DNA of 64,000 nt, taken from the NCBI RefSeq assembly GCF_006345805.1, contig NC_043010.1, forward strand, positions 57,102,001-57,166,000, in the 5' to 3' direction. Below, in pieces: positions 48,466 to 60,995 of this stretch. The first letter of the stretch is position 1, and each line of letters begins with the position of its first letter. Position numbers and translations under genes: made by a program. The notes under the pieces were generated by a model, which saw nothing but the letters and a program-made list of their open reading frames with translations, did no database searches and had not been told where the DNA came from. The DNA comes from Octopus sinensis (Eukaryota).

Positions 48466-48934
48466 ATATTGTTTTGAGCTGAGTGGGGGTGCTAGGTTCA
48501 CTTGTTTGAAAATATAAGGACACAGATCGTGTCGTATAGCCAGCAACATTCATCCTAAATCAGGACTGCCATGTTATGTTGGCAAATAATCTTTGTTATA
48601 GGTTTGTCTCAGTAGGAAAATTATAAGCCAGGAAAAATTTCCTGGAAATTGTAGTTCTGGGAAGAAAAGATTAATTAACATGCTTAGTCCTGGGAGAAAG
48701 GAGGTGGGGGTTGAATGCACCTGCTGGATTTGGTGGAGAGGAGTATACAGTGAACTAGTTCAGTTTATGACCATAAAGAAAATGTATTTTAAATCACACA
48801 TGGTGAGCTAATTTCCATATTAAACTAATTACATCACATGTTACAACAACCTTACTAAATAAAGTAGCACATTTTAATAGTAAAACAGTTTTGTATCTGA
48901 GATGAAGTTTGGTTTTGTGTCTGCTGCTCTCTTC

Positions 48935-49210
48935 ATGGTGAAGCAACTGCAGGAGAAATATCTGGTTAAAAGTACTTAACATTCGTGAACCTGGAGAAAG
49001 CTTTTGCCAGGGTCAGTTGCTCTGTGGTTTAATAATCACTGAGGAAGCTAGGGGTAGATTAATAGCCCGTGAGAGCCATGTAAGCCCTTTACAGAGGAAA
49101 AGATCTTATCAATAAAGTGAGAGTTAATAGGGAGTTTAGCCATGAATCCTGTGCGCAGCTAGGAGTTCAGTAGGGCTTGGTTCTCAGTCCTCTTCTGTTC
49201 ATCATAATTA
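48935..49210 (+). mobile_element. Old RTE RT fragment
   Basis: VKQLQEKYL...NLEKAFARV...KVRVN...GVQ*GLVLSPLLFII with stops and frameshifts. Confidence 0.75.
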
Positions 49211-49513
49211 CATCAACCCCAGTTGAACACTAGGGTTGATGTAATTAACTTATCCCCTCCCCCCAAATTGCTGGCTTTGTGCCAAAAGTTTGAAACAAAT
49301 ATTAGTCACAGAGCAATTGGGCAGTGGCGGGGGGGGGGGTCCCTATCCAAAACCTTCGAGCCCATCTTCCCCTCAGCACCCAAACTGATCTCAAAACTGT
49401 TTTTCCTTTTGCCAATTCAGGCCTAACTAGTTTATTCAACCTTGAGTTGATTTTTGTCCTTTTTCTAAACTTAGACAAAAATATCTTTTGATGATAATAT
49501 ATTTCTCTTTCTA

Positions 49514-49954
49514 CAAGGGTGAGTCATGCCATTTTGGTTAGGACAGGTATAATTACCAACACAGGAACATGTATCATACATCAAAAGGAAGCTGGTCCTC
49601 TGTGGATCACATCCCTACTTCTCAACATAGTCACCATTTCTCTCAATAATTTAGCGCTTTCAGACCATCATCTCTTTGGCCCCATGAAAGAGGCAAAACA
49701 TTATTCCAGTGATGAGGAAGTGAAAACTGTAGTGAAGAAGTGGCTCAAAGAACAGTCAACAGAATTTTATGGGGCAGGGATACATGCTCTCATTCGAAGG
49801 TGGAACATTGCTATTAAGAGAAATGGTGACTATGTTGAGAAGTAGGGATGTGATCCAGAGAGGACCAGCTTCATTTTGATGTATGATACATGTTCCTGTG
49901 TTGGTAATTATATCTGTGCTAACCAAAATGGCATTACTTTTTCACTCACCCTCG
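49514..49954 (+). mobile_element. Internally deleted mariner element with TIRs and TA TSD
   Basis: TA|caagggtgagtca..tgccattttggttag ... ctaaccaaaatggcattactttttcactcaccctcg|TA; peptide LSDHHLFGPMKE...YSSDEEVKTVVKKWL...FYGAGIHALIRRWNIAIKRNGDYVEK. Confidence 0.9.
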
Positions 49955-51164
49955 TAATCTAATCTGTAAGGTTTCCCAACATTCACATTGTCTTCTGCCA
50001 TGAGATCCTTTCACTTATTGTTCCTTTGTAGTTATTCACTTTCCTCCTTTATTTATTACCATTATAATTTTCCATACCATCAGTGTCATTGCTACCCCAC
50101 CACCTCTCATCATCATCACCATCATTGTTGATGTTGTTGTCGTTGTCATCACTGCCACCAGTGCATGGGAATCCACATGTGACCACATGCACCATGAAGG
50201 CATGACATGTATACCAAATATTTCTAATAAAGCATTTTTCTTTCTCCCTCTCTCCTTTTCCTTTTTCCCTTCCTTCCTCACTTCCTCACTTCTTTTCTTT
50301 CTTCTTTCATTACTTACTTTCTTTATACAATAAAGCCATTTTATTAGGTTTCTTCAGATAAAAATATTCGTTAGTGTCATCATTTTCTTAAGAATTCTAA
50401 ATATAAATAAAATGTCACAGAAAGCAAAATCAATAAACAAAAGCAAAATAAAATACCAAATAACGTCAATGAGAGAAAAAAATAGAAAAAAATAATTAAA
50501 TCGTTGACAAAAAACCCTTTTCTTAAGAAAAAAAGAAGGGAAACAAGAAAAAAAACCAAAATTTGTTTATATTTAATACCAAACAATTTTATTCTAATCT
50601 TTGGAAGGTTTCTCTCCATTGGATCATTCTCTTTATTATTTGAAGAGATTTCTTAAAATTGAATGCTTTTGACATTATACAGATATTTGTTCTGCTCATT
50701 TAAATTGCCAATTAGTTAAATGATAGATAACACCCACATCTTTTTTGCATCACAACAACAATAACCGTATATTATCAGGTGAATGGCAGCGGAATGTCAT
50801 TTGACAATGGCAAGACAGCCGTGACTTTCAATTAATATTTTCCGGTTTTGGTTCAGATAAGAAATAAAATATGACACCGTAAGTTTTCTGCTCACATTTG
50901 AGAATCTGACGGAATTGTCTGGCAGGAAATATGATATATTGAATTGAATATCCGGGAATGGAAGAATCTAGCAATAGTTTTTTTCATTACAATGAAGCAG
51001 GTGAGATGATGATTTCACACACACACACACACATGCACACAAGCACACAGGCACACACACACACACAGAGAGGCAGACATACATATGCATACACATACAC
51101 ACACATGCACACTCACATGCACACACACAAATGCACACACATATATAAATATATAGGTGTGTGC

Positions 51165-51198
<34 letters not shown>

Positions 51199-52049
51199 CT
51201 CATGATGATGATGATGAGATATATATATGTACACAACTGTATAAAGCTGTATAAAGGAATACACACATGCACACACGCATGTGTGTAATTTTAAATATTA
51301 GGAAACCTTAGCTATGATTAGTAATAAAAAAAAATATAAACATATTCCATGTGGGTTTTTGCTGTGTAGTTAACAAAAGTGACAGGGAAAGTCCCGACAG
51401 ACCATTTTGCTGGTTGTTGACCACCCTTCAGAAGGGGCCACCTTGATTTCCTTCTCCCATCAATAACAAAGAATATTCAGTCACTATACAAAGCAGAAGA
51501 ACTGAAATAGTTGTGTTATAAAATCATAAGAATGTTAAGACATTTCTTCAATGCCTTTGGGTACAGAAAAAAGAGTAGGGAAGACCCCCCTCATAGACCA
51601 ATCTCCTCTGGAGAGCACTCAGCAAACTGGAGTCTTCCCCACGTCTTTTTTTTCACACATCAAAAACATGGATGGAATGCATTTACATTTTTATAATTTC
51701 ATATTACAGCTAAGTCTTTCTAATATCTAAATTTCAAAATTTTCATATTGTAGATGTGTTGTATGTGAGGCATGTGTTGTTTTGATAAGGACAAGCTGTT
51801 TACAACGCAAATACATATTCGTATGCTATATATTTTATATATTAAATTTCAAATGAAGTTTATGTTATGCATAGATAAATAAATAATAATTCATAAATAT
51901 ATAGCATAGTTATGTATATTCTATTGGTGTTAGTAAGCCATAGAAACCATACTAAAGCTGACTCTGTAGATCAGTACAGCAGCCCTGCGGCTTGTTGCTT
52001 CTTGTTAAACCATCCAACCTAAACCAGCATGGAAAACAGACTTTAGATG

Positions 52050-52083
52050 AAGGTGATAATGATAATGATAATTATTATTATTA

Positions 52084-52141
<58 letters not shown>

Positions 52142-52159
52142 TCTTATTATTATTATTAA

Positions 52160-52217
<58 letters not shown>

Positions 52218-52253
52218 GTTGTTGTTGTTATTATTATTATTATTATTATTACT

Positions 52254-52320
<67 letters not shown>
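52050..52320. repeat. (ATT)n/(GTT)n/(CTT)n compound trinucleotide microsatellite
   Basis: Direct reading; follows an RTE 3' tail. Confidence 0.97.
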
Positions 52321-52321
<1 letters not shown>

Positions 52322-53426
52322 GTTTTTTGCATTATTTTTATTCAACAGCTTACACAACTCATGTATTTTGTCAAATGTTTAAAGTTACATTTTCAGAAAT
52401 CTGTTTAAAATTCTAATTGATTATTTACATAATTTTTAATTAGGAAGGTTTTATGCAAAAACACATCAAAAGCATTAATGCAAATTCCTGCACTGCTTAA
52501 AACAATGAAACTAACCAATCAAAGAAATATTCTCAGCTTGGGATTGGACCAAAGAGAAATAGCTGCCAAATTTTCATCAACATCCTTTAAAGATGAAAAC
52601 CTAACGCTCGAAACTCTTGTTTGAAATAATATGAGAGTCATAAGTGGAAGATGTTCGATCCTAGTGTGAAAGGATGTGACAGTCACAACTGGAACAGTTT
52701 TGATCATCAAAGTTGATTTACAACTAAGCCATAACAACAATGACAATAGGACAACCACTGACATGGCATGCAACTGCATTCTCACCATTTCAAGTGAATA
52801 TTAGACCTGCTAGAAATAATAGCCAAATCATAGTCTACCTTCTTAAAAATAGAAAGCTAAAAATGCCTTATATAGACTATATTTATAAAAGGAAAGGATG
52901 GTCACACTTGGAGAAGCTTTGATTTTGAGGTTTGTTTAAACCAAGCATGGAGCTAAACAATAATATACAGACAGACAGTGGAATTTATCCAGATGTATTA
53001 TTATAGTTTTGAGGATGTAAGGAAATATAGATATTCATAAAAGTGTCATCTTTTTTGTATTGAAGAAATAATGAGTGTAGCATTTTCTTAAATGTAAGCC
53101 ATTCAAGACAGGAGCCAAGGACATTACTAAAACAAATTCAGTGGAAACTCTGTGTCCATATTGAATAATATGGCTCCCTCTTTTATAGATTTCAAATGAA
53201 ATTCATAATCTTTAGCTTGACTTAATTAAACACATCCAACAATAATTTGGTTGCAAATGATTTATGAATCCTCAGTCCAATACAATAAAGCTGCCATACG
53301 TATGTATTAAAAGCTTTGCTAAGCCTGGTGCATTAAATAATCGTGAAGAGATTTTCTCAAAATGTGTTCATTTCAAATGCTGCAGACTGGAAAATTACTC
53401 TCCCGGTTTGCTGTTTAAGCTAATAA

Positions 53427-55717
53427 CACTGGTCAACAAAATTCAAACTTTTTGCTGTCCCATGAACTAAACAAAATGAACTTTATACTACTTTTAACGC
53501 AGATTTCAAATCTGTTTTTAGAATTTTCCCATCAGGCATGGTTTTTATGTGATAGAGTAATTAAATCATATAATAAATATACTATATTAATGCAGAAATA
53601 AAGCGGACAATTATAATTGGTCAACAGAATTAATGAAAAATTGTCCCACAAACAAAAGTAGGTGAACTTAATAGCATTTTATCTGCAGAATTCAAATATG
53701 TTTTCAGATTTTTTTCTATAAGTCATACATTTTTCTGTGATATATAAATTGTTAAACCATTGTATTTTATGAATTCAAAAATCAGGCTGATATTACAAAG
53801 GTAGAGGCAAATGATTTTCGACTGTATTTAGCTTTTGAAACATCCCTTTTTAGGGACCAACAATAATCAGCTAAAATAGCAGAGCTCCATTTTCCATGGT
53901 ACCAGGTTTCCATGTTCAGAATGTCCTGGAGAACCCTCTCATTGTGCTTGTCACTGACAGTCCCAATGATTTGCAGGGGAAAAGTCCAAGTGAGAGTTCA
54001 AGAGGTGAATTTTGGGGCTGATATTGCATCCCAACGTTTCGTTTGATGTCAGCAATTCTTTCACAATGTCAGAATAGTCCTCTGCTCTGTGATTCCCCCA
54101 AAACTCTCTGCAAACTTTCTTAAATGACAACCACACAACTTTTTTAACATCATTGAACTCTTCATCAAACTTTTGGTCCCTCATCAGCTCCCTAATCTGG
54201 GGCCCAACAAAAATACCTTTCTTGATTCTTACGTCACTTACTCTTGGGAATCTAGTTTTCAAATTCGTGAATCCCTTGTCAGTTCCATCCATACCTTTGA
54301 TGAAATTCTTCATCAATCCTAGCTTAATATGCTAAGGAGGCAGATAAATTTTCTCAGAATCAACAAGGGGAGGATTAAAGACATTCTTCGGTCCAGGAGT
54401 CAGAGATCATTTCGGCCACACATTCTTTTCATAATGATTTTTTCTTATCCTGACTGTCCACTCTCAGAGAAAGCAACAAAATTTCGTGGAATCTAGCTGC
54501 ATTCCCAGGAAAAAAATGTCACAACCTTTTGGTCTCCACAAATATTCCACTTTTGTTCCTCAATCTTTGTACCCTCATGTTTCCTTCGTGTCAGCTGCAT
54601 GGACCGGAGGAACAGAAGCAAACTAATTTCCATTGGGGAGTAAAACTGCTTTCAAGCTTACAAACGCCACTCATTCATGCTATATTTGTGGTTAAGTTCC
54701 TCCATAACAGAATATACATCATTACAAAATACCACACCATCCTCAAGTGATGAAGAATTTACACAATTCCAGCCCTTTAACCTGGAACCAAGAAGTTCAG
54801 CTTACTTTTTCGACAAGTTTAAATTCTGCACAACATCGTTCAGGTCTCCCTGACTCAACAAATGTGGTTCACTTGAAGAACAGTCAAGCTCAAAGGTCCA
54901 TGGCTTCTGTTTCTTCCTCCACATCTTCATTACTTCACTCATCGGCACTGAGTGTCATTTGTTTTGGACGGTCAGGTACAGGTAAGTGTTGACTGTGAAC
55001 TACTGATCTCATAGCAGATTGTAAATTAGAATATTTTACAGTCTGCCTGGATTTTGATGTTATACCTGTATATTCGTCATGCAGAAGTAGCAATCTGAAG
55101 TGTGATATTTGGGCTCTCTCCAAATCATAGGGATGGCAAAAGGCATATGGTGTGAACCTTTGGCCCATGCAGTGAGAAGCCTGACACAGGTTACACAACA
55201 CGCATAAGGGGCCCAGCTTTTATCCTGGTCACCCCCTTTGCAGTCAAAATAATGCTCATAGCACTTTCTAATCAATAGCATGAAACGCCATCTTTGTGAC
55301 TTGAATATTAATTCACTGCAAATATAGCAAAAGCTGTTTGCGAGGTTTATACAGTTTCTTGGCATTAGGAAGGCGAATGGAATATGTGAAACTCAGTACA
55401 CAACCGCACACCAACACTTCAAGCACAATATTGACAAAGCATCGGTGACTCAACGACTCAGATAGCTGGATTTATGATTCCATTTGCTTATTTCTATTCA
55501 TAAACATTTAAATTGGGAGTATTTCTTAAACCGTTAGCTTCACATTTCGACACCTTAACTAAAATTTAGCCCACGTAACAGAAACCTAGAGAGATATCGT
55601 GGAACAAAGAAACTGTGGATGATACAGATAATTTGACATTATTATTGAATTCTGCATGCAAAAACATATAAGAGACAGGTATTCTTTCTCTTGGGACAAA
55701 TGCTTTGTTGACCACTA
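53427..55717 (-). mobile_element. Near full-length decayed DNA transposon, Chapaev3-like (CMC superfamily)
   Basis: Imperfect TIRs CACTGGTCAACAAA / TTTGTTGACCACTA; fragments MPRNCINLANSFCYICSE..GDQDKSWAPY..C..C..MPFAIPMIWREP..H.SDCYFC and KLGLMKNFIK..GIFVGPQIR..KIHLLNSHLDF. Family name from recall of these motifs. Confidence 0.8.
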
Positions 55718-55966
55718 AGAGACCTTAACGAAATGGATCCGAGATTGCATTTCGCCTCTGGTCCAGGGGAGATAACCTCTCCTCAATAACTTTTCTCTCT
55801 GTTCGCCATTTGATCACTTTTGTCTCAGTGTTTCTCTGCTGAGCTGTTCACATGGCTGTGGCCTTTCGTTTTTGGGAAACCATTGGTCATTCTATCACCA
55901 GACTTTAACTTTGTAGTTTTATACTTACTGCTCTATTCTTTAGTGTGTGCTTCTTTTTCTGATATA

Positions 55967-56203
55967 CAGGGTGGCCCCAAAAAGTAGGTTTACAGTTATC
56001 TCATAGACATTTCTAATTTCTTTTAAAACATTTTTTTACATTTAAATTTCTGTCTTACAAACTGAAAAGGGAGCTTGACAAAATTAACTCAATTAGCAGA
56101 GAATAAGGGTTCCATATTCTTTTATAATTAAGATCTAAACTGTTAATATATGAATGCGAAAGAGATTGTTGAATGACTGTAAACCTTCTTTTTGGCCACC
56201 CTG
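55967..56203. mobile_element. Tc1/mariner-type MITE
   Basis: TA|cagggtggccccaaaaagtaggtttacagt ... actgtaaaccttctttttggccaccctg|TA. Confidence 0.88.
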
Positions 56204-56223
56204 TATGTTATATTGAGAATGTG

Positions 56224-56280
<57 letters not shown>

Positions 56281-58391
56281 TGTGTGTGCGTGTGTGTGTG
56301 TGTGCACGTGTGTGTGTGTGTGTGTGTTTGATTCAGAAAACTTCTGTTTAACCTTTTGAACTCCTGCCATCATCCAAGAATAATTGTTTCATTCTTATTT
56401 TCCGATACTTTTGTTTTGTGTTCAAAAATTCTTTGTCTTTCTACCAAAGAATTCTTGTTTCCCCCATTTCCATCCGGTAATTTGATATCAGGTAGAACTG
56501 TATTCAAGAATAAAACAAAAAGGGGGAAAATATGTAAAGAGTGATGCAAAACTGCGAATTTATTTGCAGTTGTTTATGTTTTGAGTTCAAATCCCTCCAA
56601 GGTCAACTTTGTCTTTTATCCTCCAAAGGTCAATAAAATAAGCACCAGTCAAATCCTGGTATTTTATTGGAAAGGATTTCATTGACTTTTCTCTTCCTCG
56701 AAATTTGTGACTTTGTACCTCTGTTATCAATCAATGATATCATCATCATCATCATTATCATCATTTAATGTTCCTGTTTCCATGCTGGCTTCGGTTGGAC
56801 AGTTTAACAGGAGTTGGTGAACCAGAAACCTGCACTAAACTCTACTGTCTGTTTCAGTATGGTTTTTTCAGCTGGATGGCCTTCCTAATACCAACCACTT
56901 TGTAGAGTGGACTGGGTTCTTTTTGCAAAAATACATACATGAATAAATACAGGTTCTACTTTCCCCCATCCATCAGCTAAAAAGCCAAAGCAAAAAACAA
57001 TGAAAAAACAAGCAGCATTTCTCCTGCTGTTTTAAACTGGTATTTCACTGTTTTAGACAAGCAACTACAAATATAAGCTACGAGTTTTAATAAAATGTCC
57101 TGAGATAATCTTTGAGATCAGAATTTGGATTTGCTCCTTGTAAGCCTACAAAATATATATTTAGAAACTGCTGCAGGACTCACCCAGAAATAAGTGAGTT
57201 TGTTGATTTTTTCTGGGCTGTTTAGAAGGTTGCTCTTCACTGATTGTCCTAGCATGTACAATTGCTGTTGATGTAACAGATACAAGGCCTGCATATTGTC
57301 TAAGAAAGGATGAGATCTAAATCACCAAAGACAAACCGTGCCTCTGCCTTGATAAGGACCATATTCCACATTGATATATGCAGTTGTGATTGTGGGCAGC
57401 TGTGCACTGCTACACTCTCCCAGGTTTTCTGAAGAAGGAACTTCTTCTAATACAAATGAAATCAAATTTCTTTCAAATTCCGCTTCGTCATTAAAAAGGA
57501 GATTAATTAATACAATGGAAGATGTGGTCTTGTATATAAAAAGATGAGAAGGCCACAACTGGAACGTCAATTGAATAACGATAAATGAATAATGAGAGTA
57601 AAGACGTTTTGTGCATTTGTTGTGTTCTAATGTCTACAACACTGATGATGTATGAGGACATATATATGCATGCATGCACACACACACACACACACACACA
57701 CCACACACACACACACACACAGATACACACAGACACAGACAGACACACACACACACAGATAGGCAGACACAGACAGGCAGACAGACAGACACACACACAC
57801 ACACACACACAAACATGCACACATGCTCTATCTATTGGCATTGGTGTTACTTAACAGCACAACCCTTCTTTGATGGTTTTTATGTCAAATTAAGGATATT
57901 TGGAACCATCATTCTCATTTATTAGTGAATTCAGAATTTCTTCTTATAATCAATACTTAGCACTGGTCAATATTTCTGGCCAGTTGAGTGACCATTTTTG
58001 AGTGTTTTTGGCCGTGGAAGCACAGTAAAATAAGCATCAACATTCCAGTGGTCAGTCATAAACAAGAGACCAGTTCTCTTAAACTGCTTTGGTATGTGAC
58101 CCAGACCCTGGCTTCTGAATATTGGAAGCAACATTCTTTCAGTTGGTGTAAATACTTGTCCATCCCCAGATTAAAATCCAGCACCTTACCCCAGCCCCAG
58201 AGGCTCACTTGAATTCCATCCTTGCAAGTTTTATTTGGTAGATGTTGGGTTGCAGAAATGTTAATAGCATTGGTCTTGCTAGGCCTTGAAGTGCTCATGA
58301 AGGCCAGGGGCACAGTCCCTTTCCCAGACAACAACACAAAAAAAATAAAAGAAAGCAACAAAGCCTGACACCGACCCCAGTTATAAGAGAT

Positions 58392-58750
58392 TATCATCAT
58401 CATCATCATCATCATCATTTAACGTCCGCTTTCCATGCTAGCATGGGTTGGACGGTTTTAACTGAGGGCTGGCAACCAGATGGCTGCACCAAGCTTCAAT
58501 CTTGATCTGGCAGAGTTTCTACAGCTGGATGCCCTTCCTAACGCCAACCACTCCGAGAGTGTAGTGGGTGCTTTTTACGTTCCACCTGCACGGGGGCCAG
58601 TCAGGTGGTACTGGCCATGACCTAGCTCGAATCTTTTTACACATGCCACCGGCACAGGTGCCAGTAAGGCAACACTGGTAGCGATCATGCTCGAACGGTG
58701 TCTTTTACGTGCCACTGGCACAGAGGCCAGATAGCTGCTCTGGCAACGAT
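58392..58750 (-). mobile_element. RTE 3' UTR fragment
   Basis: (cat)n ttaacgtccgctttccatgctagcatgggttggacgg...cttttacgtgccac motifs. Confidence 0.88.
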
Positions 58751-59236
58751 CATGCTTGGATAGGGAGTGATAAACCAAATTTGTTGAGAGAAATGTAGCC
58801 ATGGCTGAATGCACGTGGTTGGCTCCTCTCAGTCGATGCGTTGGAGTATCTCAAGTAATTTGCTTAAAGTGTGAATATAACGTCTGGGCAGTTAAATGTC
58901 ATTAAATGCCATAGAACAGAACGGAGGACTTGTGTGACAGACAATAAACAACAAGAGATTAGTTCAGTTGTTGCAACCAGTTTCGATGCTTAACGATATT
59001 GTTTTCATGGACAGGTAGATATATTGACAGGTAAACAGGCAGATCAGTAGAAATGGAGACAGATAAATCAACTGATAAATATTTAGTAGATGGGGAGGTT
59101 GATATAGATAAAGAATGGAGAGACAAAGAGTTAGATTAAAGTCACTTTTGTTAGCAAATAACTTTGGGCTTATTGCTGGGAAAGCTCTCATGCTGCTAAG
59201 TATATTTCTGTTGAATAAGGTTTAAATGCTTATCTG

Positions 59237-59605
<369 letters not shown>

Positions 59606-59613
59606 GGTATACT

Positions 59614-59931
59614 AGGTGTGGCTGTGTGGTAAGTAGCCTGCTTTCCAACCACATGGTTTTGGTTTCATTCCCACTACATGGACACCTTAGGCAAGAGTCG
59701 AATGGATTTGGTAGCTGGAAACTGAAAGAAGCCCATCCTATATATATTTGTGTATGTTTTTGTGTGTGCTGGTGTGTTTATGTCCCTGTAACTTAGCAGT
59801 TCAGCAAAAAAGAGCAATAGAATAAGTACTGGACTTACAAAGTCCTGGGGTTGATTTGTTTGACTAAAACTCTTCAAGGCAGTGCTCCAGTATGGCTGCA
59901 GTCAAATGACTGAAACAAGTAAAAGAATAAA

Positions 59932-59933
<2 letters not shown>
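59614..59933 (+). mobile_element. SINE family A
   Basis: ggtgtggctgtgtggtaagtagcctgctttccaaccacatgg...gtcaaatgactgaaacaagtaaaagaataaaag. Confidence 0.88.
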
Positions 59934-59973
<40 letters not shown>

Positions 59974-59989
59974 AGGGTAGAAGGGTAAA

Positions 59990-60315
59990 GACCGCCTTCA
60001 GCCATGGATGACCATGTGATTGCCCCTAGAAAGTTCCTCTCCAATGCACAAGTCTTAGCAAGGTTGTTTTGTGGAAGACAAAACACATGCCTACCATGCC
60101 CCCCCTTCTCCCCACCATCGATGTTATCCAAGGGCAAAGCAAAGGGGCCGATACAGCTTGGCCCCAGTGACATCGCAACTCATTTCTACAGCTGAGTGAA
60201 CTGGAGCAACGTGAAATAAAGTGTCTTGCTCAAGAACAGAACACAGAGCCCGGTCCGGGAATTGAACTCACTTCCTCATGATTATGAGCCCAATACTCTA
60301 ACTGCTGAGCCATAT
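59990..60315 (-). mobile_element. tRNA-derived SINE family C with a conserved core
   Basis: Minus strand: head with gttcaattcc B box, then tgttcttgagcaagacactttatttcacgttgctccagttcactcagctgtagaaatgagttgcga. Confidence 0.8.
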
Positions 60316-60814
60316 GATAGCTAATTGTTATTATAATAGCTAATTGTCATTCAGTGTTATATAATTACATAATTATCAATTATATTGAATTTTCTTCAAC
60401 CAAAAGGATATTCCTTGGAGAGGGATTTCTGTCACAACAATTGCTTTCATAGACAGGATCTATCAAGTTATGATAATGATTCGTCACTGAGCCATGACGA
60501 TACACCTGACTGAATTGACCCCAGTAATTGTTTTATTGATCCTAGTAAAATGTTGACGATCCTGGCAGGATTTGATCTCAGATTTGTAAAGAGATGACTC
60601 TAAGCACTGAGTCAGACATTGCACCATTTGTCCAGTGCCTGACTTTGCTCTCTTTCTTTGAGTCAATAATGAAACCTGGATTGATTCGGTTCAGCAAAAT
60701 CACAAACTCATCAAGAACTGGTGTTGATGAAACCAATTCTTCCCAACACAAAACGTCTGGTCTTGAGCTTCGGTTAGAAATCCATATTATTATTATTTTG
60801 TGCTTATATAAGGT

Positions 60815-60995
60815 GGGGGGGGAGCTGGCAGAAACGTTAGCACTTCGGGCAAAATGTTTAATGGTCTTTTGTCTGTCTTTATGTTCTGAGTTCAAATTCC
60901 ACTGAGGTCAACTTTGCCCCAGTTACATACTGGGGTTGATCTAATTGACTGGCCCCCTCCCCCAAAATTTTGTGCCTTGTGCCTATAGTAGAAAA
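60815..60995 (+). mobile_element. SINE family B with internal deletion
   Basis: gagctggcagaaacgttagcacttcgggcaaaatg...gttcaaattccactgaggtcaactttgcc. Confidence 0.82.

Noticed and set aside
52519-52788. ORF with a signal-peptide-like start (MSVVVLLSLLLWLSC)
   Set aside because: Its 3' part and flanks are fragments of the gaaatagcagccaaat dispersed repeat; no domain or splice support.
58056-58418. 120-aa minus-strand ORF
   Set aside because: Starts in the (GAT)n tail of an RTE fragment; no recognisable homology.
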